From: Terriglobia bacterium
Lineage (GTDB): Bacteria; Acidobacteriota; Terriglobia; JAJPHL01; JAPKYU01
Assembly (NCBI GenBank): GCA_965206645.1
Contig: CBDBKE010000004.1
Coordinates: 1,376,001-1,440,000, forward strand
Length of the DNA stretch: 64,000 nucleotides
Reading direction: 5' to 3'
The position numbers and the translations under genes were made by a program. Position 1 is the stretch's first letter. Each line of letters begins with the position of its first letter. This document shows, one piece after another, positions 30,006 to 39,533 of this stretch. Under the pieces are notes generated by a model. It did no database searches. It saw only the letters and a list, made by a program, of their open reading frames with translations, and was not told the DNA's origin.

Positions 30006-31676
30006 TTGGGCTTTTCCCGTCGTAGATTTCTGAAAGGACTGGCCGTTTCTGCGACTGCACCCGCGGCAGCGGCAAGAACAGAGCGGGCTGCGACGCCAGA
30101 GGTATGCGTTAAACCGCGGAAGGAGACACACGAATTCGACGTGGTGGTCATCGGCGGCGGATCGGCAGGTTGCGTCGTAACTAATCGGCTTTGCGAAGGA
30201 TCAAGTCTTTCGGTTTGTCTGGTCGAAGGGGGACCAGATTACGGACCGGCGAACAGTGGTCAGTGGCCGGCGGAGTTGCTGGACGTCCGATATCCGCCCC
30301 CTACGCACGACTGGGGATACTTTGAAGAGCGTTACGGCAGCAGGATCGCGCCGGAATCTCGTGCAAGAGTGATCGGGGGGTGCTCCTCACACAACATGGG
30401 CGCAGCGATGTGGGGACTGCCCGAGGACTACGACCGGTGGGCGCGCGCCGGGAATCCCGGTTGGACTTACGCCGAACTCCAGTCGGGCATCGATCAAGTC
30501 GAGAAGGCCAGCAACGGTCCGGCGGCCCAGTATCGCGGCCACCATGGGCTGCTGCCCACCCAACCTCTTACAGACACTCAACTGAACCTTTGGTCGCGAT
30601 CATTTTTAGAATCAGCCCACGCGGCTGGGTTCGAGCGACTGCACGATTTGAGCGTTCCACAGCCAACTGAAGGTGTGGCTCCGCTCCACCTTAGCGCCCG
30701 CAACGCGGTTCGCTGGAACGCGGCAGTCGCCTTCCTGGACCCCGTCCGGAATCGGCGCAATCTTACGATTCTCGACAATTTCTTGGCAGACCGGTTGTTG
30801 ATTCACCAGGATAAAGCTATCGCACTGCTCGGCCGGCGTGGAGACAACGTGGTGGAATTGCGCGCATCGAGGTTCGTCTTCTGCGCCGGAACCTACGGTT
30901 CGCCTGCGATTCTCATGCGCAGCGGCATCGGTCCGGCGAAGAACCTTACTGAGTCGGGAATAGCGGTGCGGATGGAGTTACCGGGGATCGGGCGGAACTT
31001 GCAGGATCACCCAGGTGTGGTCGTACTTTTCCAGCGCACACCGGTGGCCAGCGAGGCGCTCAAAGAAGAGCTCGCCAGCTGCCGGTTCTATGCGGCTCAG
31101 GCCATGCTGCGGGTGCGCAGTCCCTACGCGCGGGATGGGTTTGACCTGCATTTGCCGGCCGTGCAACGCCTGAACGGGAACGGGGAGTGGATCTCCGCCG
31201 TTGTGGTCTTCAACGTGGCGCCACGCTCACGCGGCCAGGTCCAGGTGCTTGGACCCGAGCCGCAATTGCCGCTTCGCATTCAGAAGCGATTTTTGACCGA
31301 CCCAGAGCAGCAGGACATTGCGGCGCTTGCACACGGGATACAGGTAGCCCGTCGGGTGGCGCGGCAGAAGCCCTTGGCAGATGCCGTTGCCCGAGAAGTT
31401 TTCCCGGGGGAAACTGTCCGAAAAGAAACTGAGGTTCACGCCTACATTCGGCGGATGCTAAGGAACTATAACCACGCCTGTGGGACGTGCAAGATGGGCC
31501 CCAGCTCCGACCCCAACACGGCAGTCGATAGTTCTGGGCGGGTGCACGGCATCTCAAATGCATGGGTCGCGGACGCCTCCATAATCCCGCACATTCCACG
31601 AGTCCCTATCAATCTGACCTGTATGCTCATCGGGCTGCGCATCGCCGACAAACTTCTGTCGCAGCGCACCGGCTGA
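30006..31676 (+). CDS. Tat-exported GMC oxidoreductase
   Basis: TTG start with AGGAGG; SRRRFLK Tat motif; GGGSAG; GRNLQDHP; HACGTCKMG; ADASI. Confidence 0.88.
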   Translation: MGFSRRRFLKGLAVSATAPAAAARTERAATPEVCVKPRKETHEFDVVVIGGGSAGCVVTNRLCEGSSLSVCLVEGGPDYGPANSGQWPAELLDVRYPPPTHDWGYFEERYGSRIAPESRARVIGGCSSHNMGAAMWGLPEDYDRWARAGNPGWTYAELQSGIDQVEKASNGPAAQYRGHHGLLPTQPLTDTQLNLWSRSFLESAHAAGFERLHDLSVPQPTEGVAPLHLSARNAVRWNAAVAFLDPVRNRRNLTILDNFLADRLLIHQDKAIALLGRRGDNVVELRASRFVFCAGTYGSPAILMRSGIGPAKNLTESGIAVRMELPGIGRNLQDHPGVVVLFQRTPVASEALKEELASCRFYAAQAMLRVRSPYARDGFDLHLPAVQRLNGNGEWISAVVVFNVAPRSRGQVQVLGPEPQLPLRIQKRFLTDPEQQDIAALAHGIQVARRVARQKPLADAVAREVFPGETVRKETEVHAYIRRMLRNYNHACGTCKMGPSSDPNTAVDSSGRVHGISNAWVADASIIPHIPRVPINLTCMLIGLRIADKLLSQRTG

Positions 31677-31711
31677 ACCCTCGGGGATCACATCGGCCCG
31701 ATAACCAAAGA

Positions 31712-32227
31712 TTAAAGCCGGGGTTTCCGTTCTAAGGCCAGTACAGGCCAGGTGTCTTTTTCCTGTTCGCGATGGTGGCCGATAAGCATTAGTACATGTT
31801 GTGCCTGAAGGCGTCCAAGTGGGCCACTGGAATATGTTGCATTGACCACTTTCCTGTCGCGCAAGATGAAATTGGCAGGTTGAAAGCAACCGTGCCCACT
31901 ATCAAAGTAACCACCGATCTTATCGGCTTCTTTCCGCACATCCAGCCCGTAAATTACCGGAAAAGTGAGGTTGTGCTTTTCAACCATTTTTCGCCCGTGT
32001 TCTTCTTTATCGACCGATAATGCGACGAGGCCGATATCTCCTTCCCTGAACTCTTCCTGGTGTCCACCGAAGTCTGCCAACTGCAGATTACAGAAGGGTC
32101 ACCAATGTCCACGATAGAAAAGCACAACATTCCATTCTTGTCTCAAATCTTCGGGGATCGTCAAACTACTCCCGCCCACAATAGGACCGCTCACACTTGG
32201 GAATAGGCCGCCATTATCCAGTCTCAT
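31712..32227 (-). CDS. Peroxiredoxin-like (AhpC/TSA) selenoprotein, UxxC motif, 171 aa
   Basis: ATG 32227 with AGGAGG; in-frame TGA 32099..32101 within FYRGHW-U-PFCNLQL; hairpin UCUGC-AGUUG-GCAGA starts 11 nt after the UGA. Confidence 0.88.
32073..32087 (-). promoter_or_regulatory. Candidate SECIS hairpin of the Prx-like gene
   Basis: 5 bp stem with a GU-containing loop, 11 nt 3' of the UGA. Confidence 0.6.
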
Positions 32228-32436
32228 AGAAACCTCCTGCCGCAGAACGCAGATTTAACCGGAATTTCCATTATGGCCTCCCGACAGGAGGAAGTGTGGA
32301 TAAAGATATAGAGAAACACCGGATCAACGCGAAGGCCTTGTTCCGGAAAGTTTCATGCGGCGGAGCACCGCGCGCCCTGCGGAAAGGCGCAGAGGCAGGG
32401 GCTGATGATGTATACTGCCGGCGGGAGTCAGCGTAT

Positions 32437-34395
32437 ATGGCGAAGCAGCGTAACGGCAGACTCACGACGCCGCTGATCCGCGAGAACGGCAGCCTCCGTC
32501 CTGCCAGTTGGGAGGAGGCGCTCAGCCGGACGGCGGAAGGCTTTCAAACGGCGGTTCAAAAGCGGGGCCCGCAGACGTTCGGGATGTTCAGTTGCTCCAA
32601 GACCACCAACGAACTGAACTTCCTGGCCCAGAAGTTCGCCAGGACGGTTATCGGGAGCAACAACATCGACAGTTGTAACCGAACTTGACACGCCCCCAGC
32701 GTCGTCGGTCTGGCGACAGTATTTGGGGCGGGCGGGGGTACCAGCTCCTACCGGGAAATTGAGGAAACCGACCTCATCATTTTGTGGGGGTCCAACGCCC
32801 GGGACACGCATCCCATCTTCTTCCATCACGTGCTGAAGGGAGTGCAGGAGGGCGCAAAGCTGTTGGTGGTGGATCCTCGCCGCACCAGTTCCGCGCAATG
32901 GGCGGACCTGTGGCTGGGTCTGGATGTCGGCGCAGACATCGCGCTGGCCAACGCCATGGCCCGCGAGATTTTGGTTTCGGGTCTGGAGAACCGTGGCTTC
33001 ATCGAGCGCGCGACCAGCGGCTTCGACGAGTACCGCGCTTGCGTGGAACGCTACACGCTGGAATACGCCGAGCAGGTTTGTCGCATGCCGGCGGCCCAGA
33101 TCCGGGAAGCTGCCCATGCCTACGCGAAGGCCGAGCGCGCACAGATCTGCTGGACACTGGGTATCACTGAGCACCACAACGCCGTGGACAATGTACTGGC
33201 GCTGATCAATCTGGCGCTTCTCACCGGGCACGTCGGCCGCTACGGGTCCGGGTTGAACCCGCTCCGCGGGCAGAACAACGTGCAGGGGGGCGGTGACATG
33301 GGCGCCCTTCCCGACCGGTTGCCTGGCTTTCAGCACGTGGAGAATGACGGGCTGCGCGGGAAATTCGAGCAGGCCTGGGGAGTAAAGGTGCCGGCTAAAC
33401 ACGGCTGGCGCCTGAACGAAATGTTCGACGCCATGGAGCGGGACGAGCTGAGTGCGCTGTACGTGATTGGAGAGAACCCTGCCAACTCTGAAGCCGACCA
33501 GCATCGGGCCATACGGCTTCTTGAGGGCCTGGAGTTTCTGCTGGTCCAGGATGTCTTGCTCACCGCCACCGCAAAAATCGCCGACGTGGTTCTGCCGGCG
33601 GCAGCGGGGTGGTGCGAATCGGAGGGGACCGTCACCAGCAGCGAGCGCCGAGTGCAGCGGGTACGCCGAGCCCTGGACTCACCTGCCGGGGTCCGCGATG
33701 ACCTGGAAATCCTGTGCGAGCTGGCGCGCCGCCTGGGCCATGAGTGGGGCCGGCCCAGCGCGGAGGACATTTGGAACGAAGTGCGGCGTCTGAGCCCGAT
33801 GCATGCGGGCATGAGCTATGCGCGTCTGGAGCAAATGGGTGGAATCCAGTGGCCCTGCTATGACGAGTCGCATCCGGGCGAACTCTATTTGCATGGCCGG
33901 CTCTGGGCCACTCCATTGGTGGGCCCCCGGGCGCCATTCAGCGCGGTCGAATACGAGCCGCCTGTGGATCGCCTGGATGAGCAGTACCCGATTCGGCTGA
34001 CCACTGGCCGCCGCCTGGATTCCTACAACACAGGAGTTCAGACTGCCCGCTACACCTCCCCGCTACGCCGGGGCGAGACGCTCGATCTGTCTGCGGAAGA
34101 TGCCCGACAGTACGGCATTTCCGAAGGTGAGAAAGTGCGCATCAGCTCCCGTCGTGGATCGGTGGTGGCGCCAGTTCGGTTTGATACCGGCTTGCGCCCC
34201 GGCCTGGCGTTCATGACGCTGCACTTCCCCGATGAGGTGGCCACTAACGAATTGACCCTGGACGCCGTGGACCCGAAGTCCGGAACCTCGGAGTTCAAGG
34301 CCACCGCGATTCGCATTGACAAGTTAGATGCCAAGCTGGACGCCAAGCGGCACGCCGAGGCCACGCCCGCGCGAGAAGCAGTCAAGTCCACATAA
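32437..34395 (+). CDS. fdhF: Formate dehydrogenase catalytic Mo/W-bisPGD subunit with Sec84, lacking the N-terminal Fe-S domain
   Basis: Two track ORFs are in one frame across TGA 32686..32688: NNIDSCNRT-U-HAPSV; PLRGQNNVQG; LTTGR; SEFK. Confidence 0.92.
32691..32730 (+). promoter_or_regulatory. SECIS element of the FDH gene
   Basis: Upper stem GUCGUC-GGUCU-GGCGAC (32701..32717) with the GGUCU core of the E. coli fdhF SECIS; lower stem CGCCCC/GGGGCG. Confidence 0.78.
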
Positions 34396-34413
34396 TCAGC
34401 AACGGAAACCTAA

Positions 34414-36261
34414 TTGGACCTTCACTTCACCTCCGCCGAACCCACCACGGAGGAAAGATCGGCGATTGACCAGGCACTTGCATCATCCAGGGAGACGGTC
34501 CGTGACCTGTTCTTGCCGGTGTTGCATGCCATCCAATCGCGGATCGGTTGGATCAGCGCGGGCGCCCTCAACTATGCTTGCCAGCGACTCGAGGTTCCTC
34601 CGGCTGAGGCTTTCGGAGTGGCGGATTTCTACGGGTTGTTCTCGCTCACGCCGCGGCCTCCGAAAGTGGTGCACGTCTGCGATGACATTTCCTGCCGGAC
34701 CCGCGGAGCCGCCGCGTTGTGTGAGCAACTGGAGCGCACCCACGGCCCGGCAGGGGTGCCGGGTGCAGACGGCCGCGCCACCTGGTTGCGAAGTCCCTGC
34801 CTGGGTTTGTGCGAGCGTGCACCGGCGGCACTGGTTTCGGCTGCCGGGGAGAACCCATGGGAGAGGGTGCTGGCTCCAGCCAGGGCGGAAACTGTCCTGG
34901 GGGTTTTGCGCGGGACTAAGGCGACGGGGGAAGGTCCACCGGACGTCTTTGATGCCAGCGTTTCAGTACCGCAGGCTGGCCAGCCCCTCTACATGGAGCT
35001 GCGCTTGCTCCGCCGCATCGGCAAAGTGGACCCGGAAAGCCTCGACGACTACCGGGCCCAAGGTGGCTATCAGGCACTCGAGCGAGCGCTGGCCATTGGC
35101 CCCGAGGCTGTTGTGCAGGAGGTGACCCAATCCAAGTTGTTGGGCCGCGGCGGGGCTGCGTTTCCGGCAAGCCAGAAGTGGAGCGCGCTGTGTGCGAGCC
35201 GGTCTGCGCAGCGCCTGCAGTACCTGGTCTGCAACGCCGACGAGTCCGAACCGGGCACGTTCAAAGACCGCGTGCTCATGGAGGGAGATCCGTTTGCCAT
35301 CGTTGAAGCGATGACGATCGCCGGTTTTGCCACCGGGTGCGAGCGCGGTTATCTGTACATTCGCGGCGAATACCCGCTGGCCACCGAGCGGCTGGCGCAC
35401 GCCATTCGCGAGGCTCGAAAACAGGGACTGCTTGGCGAAGACATCCTGGGACGCGGCCTCCGCTTTGACATCGAGATCCGGCGCGGTGCCGGCGCCTACA
35501 TCTGCGGCGAGGAGACGGCTCTGTTCAACTCCATTGAAGGCTATCGTGGAGAGCCGCGCAACAAGCCCCCTTTCCCCACCCAGGCGGGTTTGTTCGGCAA
35601 GCCGACGCTTGTGAACAACGTGGAAACGCTCGTCAATGTGCTCGGGATTGTGCTGGAAGGCGGCAACGCCTACGCCGCTCTGGGAACCGAGCGCTCAACG
35701 GGCTCAAGGCTGTTTTGTGTTTCCGGCCACATTGCGCGTCCCGGCGTCTACGAGGTCCCGTTCGGCACCACGCTCGGTCAGTTGATTGATCTGGCCGGCG
35801 GAGTCGGGGGAAGCGGGAAGCTCCAGACGGTGCTGCTGGGTGGGGCGGCGGGCGCCTTCGTGCCCCCCCAGGAGATGGACATCCCTTTGACGTTTGAGGG
35901 GACGCGGGCTCGGGGAGTCACCCTGGGCTCCGGCGCGGTGATGCTGTTTGACGACACGGTTGATCTGACGAAGATCCTGTTGCGGATCGCCGCTTTCTTC
36001 CGCGATGAATCTTGCGGGCAGTGTGTACCGTGCCGGGTCGGAACAGCACGGCAAGAGGAACTGTTGCACCGGCTCGCCAGTGGCAGTCTCTTGGGGCAGC
36101 GCCAGGACGAGCTGGCCCTGCTGCGAGAAATGGGGCAGGCGATGCGCGACGCTTCCATCTGCGGATTGGGACAGACCGCCTCGAGCGCCATCGAGTCGGC
36201 CCTTACCCGCTGGGAGCTGTTCAGGCCCGCTGGGAGCTCTTTAGGAAAGGAGGCAACGTGA
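34414..36261 (+). CDS. Fused NuoE/NuoF-like diaphorase subunit
   Basis: CDDISC...CLGLC ([2Fe-2S]); GRGGAAFP, CNADESEPG, GAYICGEET, ESCGQCVPC, ICGLG. Confidence 0.92.
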   Translation: MDLHFTSAEPTTEERSAIDQALASSRETVRDLFLPVLHAIQSRIGWISAGALNYACQRLEVPPAEAFGVADFYGLFSLTPRPPKVVHVCDDISCRTRGAAALCEQLERTHGPAGVPGADGRATWLRSPCLGLCERAPAALVSAAGENPWERVLAPARAETVLGVLRGTKATGEGPPDVFDASVSVPQAGQPLYMELRLLRRIGKVDPESLDDYRAQGGYQALERALAIGPEAVVQEVTQSKLLGRGGAAFPASQKWSALCASRSAQRLQYLVCNADESEPGTFKDRVLMEGDPFAIVEAMTIAGFATGCERGYLYIRGEYPLATERLAHAIREARKQGLLGEDILGRGLRFDIEIRRGAGAYICGEETALFNSIEGYRGEPRNKPPFPTQAGLFGKPTLVNNVETLVNVLGIVLEGGNAYAALGTERSTGSRLFCVSGHIARPGVYEVPFGTTLGQLIDLAGGVGGSGKLQTVLLGGAAGAFVPPQEMDIPLTFEGTRARGVTLGSGAVMLFDDTVDLTKILLRIAAFFRDESCGQCVPCRVGTARQEELLHRLASGSLLGQRQDELALLREMGQAMRDASICGLGQTASSAIESALTRWELFRPAGSSLGKEAT

Positions 36262-37244
36262 GTTCTGACGCACCTTCGCCTCTGACACCCGTGCCGGCCG
36301 GGCCGTTGCCCGTGATTCCGGCGTCGCGTCCCCGGCGGCCGATTGAGATCACCATTGATGGCCAGCCCCTGGCGGTGCCGGAAGGCACTACGCTGCTCGA
36401 AGCGGGCCGCCGTCTGGGAATCTCCACGCCCACGCTCTGCTATCTGGAAAACCTGACGCCGGTCAACGTCTGCCGCATCTGTGTCGTGGAACTGGAAGGC
36501 TCCAGAGTCCTCGTGCCAGCCTGTTCGCGAAAGGCCGAACCGGGGATGGTGGTGAAGACCGATAGCGAGCGGGTTCGTTTGAGCCGCCGCCTGATCCTGG
36601 AGTTTCTGGCCTCCTCGGTGGACGTTTCCACCGCTCCCCAACTGCAGGCATACATGGAGCAATACGGGGCGCGGCCGGAGCGGTTCGGCTCCCCAGCGGC
36701 CGCATCGGGCGCGGGCGCGCGCGATGCGGCCCGTCCGGGCGTGCACCCGCCGCCCGCGGCAACAGCCGCGGCCACAGTGGGGCAGCCGGTCAAGGTAGAC
36801 AACGATCTCTACGTCCGCGATTACGGCAAGTGCATCCTCTGCTACAAGTGTGTGGAGGCCTGCGGCCTGGACGCGCAGAACACGTTCGCCATCGCCGTTG
36901 CCGGGCGCGGATTTGACGCACGCATCTCCACCGAGTACACCGTGCCGCTGCCGGACTCCGCCTGCGTCTACTGCGGCAACTGCATCGGGGTCTGCCCGAC
37001 CGGGGCGCTGATGTTCAAGCGCGAATATGACATGCGACAGGCGGGGGTCTGGGATGAGTCTCGGCAGAGCGAAACAGATACCATCTGCCCCTATTGCGGC
37101 GTGGGCTGCACAGTGACCTTGCGGGTCCAGGACAACCGGATTGCACGTGTGACTTCCCCTCTCGATCAGGACGTGACGCGAGGCCACCTCTGCATCAAGG
37201 GCCGCTTCGGGTGGCAATTCGTCGATCCATCAGGGTCTCCCTAG
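36258..37244 (+). CDS. Fe-S subunit: [2Fe-2S], 2x[4Fe-4S] and a C-terminal molybdopterin-enzyme [4Fe-4S] domain
   Basis: CY...VCRIC...PAC; CILCYKCVEAC; CVYCGNCIGVCP; TICPYCGVGC...LCIKG; GTG start with AGGAGG. Confidence 0.92.
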   Translation: MSSDAPSPLTPVPAGPLPVIPASRPRRPIEITIDGQPLAVPEGTTLLEAGRRLGISTPTLCYLENLTPVNVCRICVVELEGSRVLVPACSRKAEPGMVVKTDSERVRLSRRLILEFLASSVDVSTAPQLQAYMEQYGARPERFGSPAAASGAGARDAARPGVHPPPAATAAATVGQPVKVDNDLYVRDYGKCILCYKCVEACGLDAQNTFAIAVAGRGFDARISTEYTVPLPDSACVYCGNCIGVCPTGALMFKREYDMRQAGVWDESRQSETDTICPYCGVGCTVTLRVQDNRIARVTSPLDQDVTRGHLCIKGRFGWQFVDPSGSP

Positions 37245-37437
37245 AAACTGTACGCTGCGGAGTTCTTCACTTCCCGGGTTCTTCCACCGCTTATACCAAA
37301 CATTTTATACCAAACATTCTGCGCGTTCGTCCTGTCCGAGGCCGCTAACCGCCTCCGGGTATTACAGGCTGTCGTGGCAACGGTCCATGTGTGGTCGGAA
37401 ACAGCCCCAGCCTGCTTATCTTTACTTAGATTTGCGA

Positions 37438-39351
37438 TTAGTGCTTGACTAGGACGGTGATCGTCTTGCACCCCGTCACCACCGAGGGCAGCGGCTCCAG
37501 TTCGCTTTCGGCGAGGGTGGAAACCGAAGAGGTGGCGATGTTGCTGCTGACCGACGGTTCGTTGGCCATGACTCGCGCCAGCGAGGGTGGCGGCGAAGGA
37601 AATTGCGTGCCGTGCAGCAAGAAAGCGGTTTGGGGACGCGACAGGCGCACGTACAGGCGGTTGTTCTTGCGCAGCTTGTTGATGGCGCGCACCAGCTGAG
37701 CGGGTGTCTTTGGAGTGAAGCCGCCGGGTAGCTGGCGCACCTCGGCCAGGTTTAGCGAACTGCCGTCGGCGACCGTAACTTGCAGAGGCCCTGGACCCAG
37801 ACTGGCCGGAATCTCCACGGGCACCTTCTTCACCGTCTCCCGGCCGTCCTCCGCGCGCAGCACTGCGGTGATTTCCAGGCGCTCGCCGGGGCGCACTTCG
37901 CGTTTGCTGCTCCACACTTGGTTGAGCGAGGCCAGGCGCCGCCGGTCGCTGGAAACAATCTGCAGGTCCACGCTGCGCACTTCCACGGTGGGGAAGCCAC
38001 TCTGCAGCAGCAAGGCCAGCGGCACGGCAGTGGTCAGGGCGGCCAGCATCGGGGCTTGGGCGTTGGCTGCAAACATATTCTCCACCTTAACTGGCGGCAG
38101 CCCGTCCAAAATGATGGTCCCACGGATGGCAAGCGACAATTCGCCCACCAGCCGCTCGGTGGCGTCCAGCGTCCCGAAGACCGCCAACTGAAGCAGAAAC
38201 GGCGAGAGGAAGCGATCGTTCACAATCTCGAACTGATAACGCATCTCCCGGTTACCGTTGGAGCGCAGCTTGATGTGAACCGGGATCATGCGCGCTTTCT
38301 CTCCGATGACCCCGAGCACCCCAGCGGAGCGGTCCTGCCGGATCACACCCAAGGGCCGGCCGGGCGCCGAAATCTTCAGCGAGGTAACCTGGCTAGGGAG
38401 CAGCGCCACCACGCGCGAAGCCGAAAAAGGCATCTGGGTGGGGCCCGCTGACAGGAACCGGTGGCCGAAGGCGTAGATTCGGTCGCCCTCGCGGCGGGTG
38501 ATGGTGCCGTCGGCATTCACCCCCAGGTCGCCACGGATCAACTGGACGCTGATCATCGAGCCGGGCGCGGTTTTGGCTGCCTCAGCTGCCGCGGTTGAGG
38601 CGACCTCGTGAGAATCGCCAGCACTGTCGCCGGCACTCTGGCCGGCACCTTGGCCACTTTGGGAGGACGAGCCGCTGCCGGCGCCTCGCAGCGGAACGAG
38701 TCCCAGGGCGCGGAACTGCCCGGCGAACCGCTCCAAAGTGCGCGAGGGGAAACCAGAGAGAATCAGTGGAGTAGCAATCCGGGTCAGCCGCGGCCGGTCA
38801 GGCGAAAGCAGCACGCTCGGGTCAACCGCCGCGGGCACCAGGGTGTCCGCAAGGGGCGGCAGCCCACCTAGCAGCCGAACTTCGCTGCCCGAAGCGGTCG
38901 GCACCCAATGCAGGTTGGTTTTGAGGAGCGACGGACCCTGGCCGGCTCCCGCTCTGTCCAGCACCCTCACCATCTGCTCGATGGGCCGGATGCCGGCAAT
39001 GGGTTCGGTGGAGAATGGAAAACTCAGCGCGACGGCCCCCACCAGTTTGCCGTCAATGTAAACGGGGCTGCCGCTCATGCCCGCCATCAACCCGGTTTTT
39101 TCCAGCGGACCGCCGGACAACCGGGCGAGAATAATGCTCTGTTTTGGCCCCACGTTGTCGAGCACTCCCAGGATTTCCACCTGGAATTCTTCCACCGTGG
39201 TCCCGGCGAAAACCGTGCGGCCCACGCCTTTCATCCCTTGCTTCACGTCTTTCAGCGGAAAAAAGGCCACCTTGACCGGCTGTTCTGCGGCGGCCAACAG
39301 TACGGCAGCCAGCGTCAAAACGATCCCGGGTAGCAACTGGCGGCGCAACAT
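37438..39351 (-). CDS. SpoIVB peptidase S55 domain protein
   Basis: GMSGSPVY...GKLVGAV; YAFGH; signal peptide. Confidence 0.88.
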   Translation of the reverse strand: MLRRQLLPGIVLTLAAVLLAAAEQPVKVAFFPLKDVKQGMKGVGRTVFAGTTVEEFQVEILGVLDNVGPKQSIILARLSGGPLEKTGLMAGMSGSPVYIDGKLVGAVALSFPFSTEPIAGIRPIEQMVRVLDRAGAGQGPSLLKTNLHWVPTASGSEVRLLGGLPPLADTLVPAAVDPSVLLSPDRPRLTRIATPLILSGFPSRTLERFAGQFRALGLVPLRGAGSGSSSQSGQGAGQSAGDSAGDSHEVASTAAAEAAKTAPGSMISVQLIRGDLGVNADGTITRREGDRIYAFGHRFLSAGPTQMPFSASRVVALLPSQVTSLKISAPGRPLGVIRQDRSAGVLGVIGEKARMIPVHIKLRSNGNREMRYQFEIVNDRFLSPFLLQLAVFGTLDATERLVGELSLAIRGTIILDGLPPVKVENMFAANAQAPMLAALTTAVPLALLLQSGFPTVEVRSVDLQIVSSDRRRLASLNQVWSSKREVRPGERLEITAVLRAEDGRETVKKVPVEIPASLGPGPLQVTVADGSSLNLAEVRQLPGGFTPKTPAQLVRAINKLRKNNRLYVRLSRPQTAFLLHGTQFPSPPPSLARVMANEPSVSSNIATSSVSTLAESELEPLPSVVTGCKTITVLVKH

Positions 39352-39512
39352 GCGGTTTGCTAACTCTATACTACCTTAATGCCGAGACTGGAGGGGAACG
39401 GTGCCCTGGTCATGGGGAGAACGGCTGTAGTCTAAAAGGCCAACTGCATCCGGTTCGGCGGCGTCGAGGGCCAGCTGTGTGTTTGAGGTCGCTCAAAGCT
39501 GGGGGCGTCGGC

Positions 39513-39521
39513 TGCTATAAT
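39513..39521 (+). promoter_or_regulatory. Extended -10 promoter of lysS
   Basis: TGCTATAAT 12 nt upstream of the ATG. Confidence 0.5.
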
Positions 39522-39533
39522 CGCACCTTCACG

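Noticed and set aside
32296-32436. Longer N-terminus for the FDH gene from GTG 32296
   Set aside because: The extension has no CxxCxxxC motif; ATG 32437 has a plausible RBS (GGGAG) and precedes the conserved region.
39352-39533. Lysine riboswitch or T-box before lysS
   Set aside because: Only a small hairpin is present, and the -10 motif sits just before the ATG, leaving no room for a leader.
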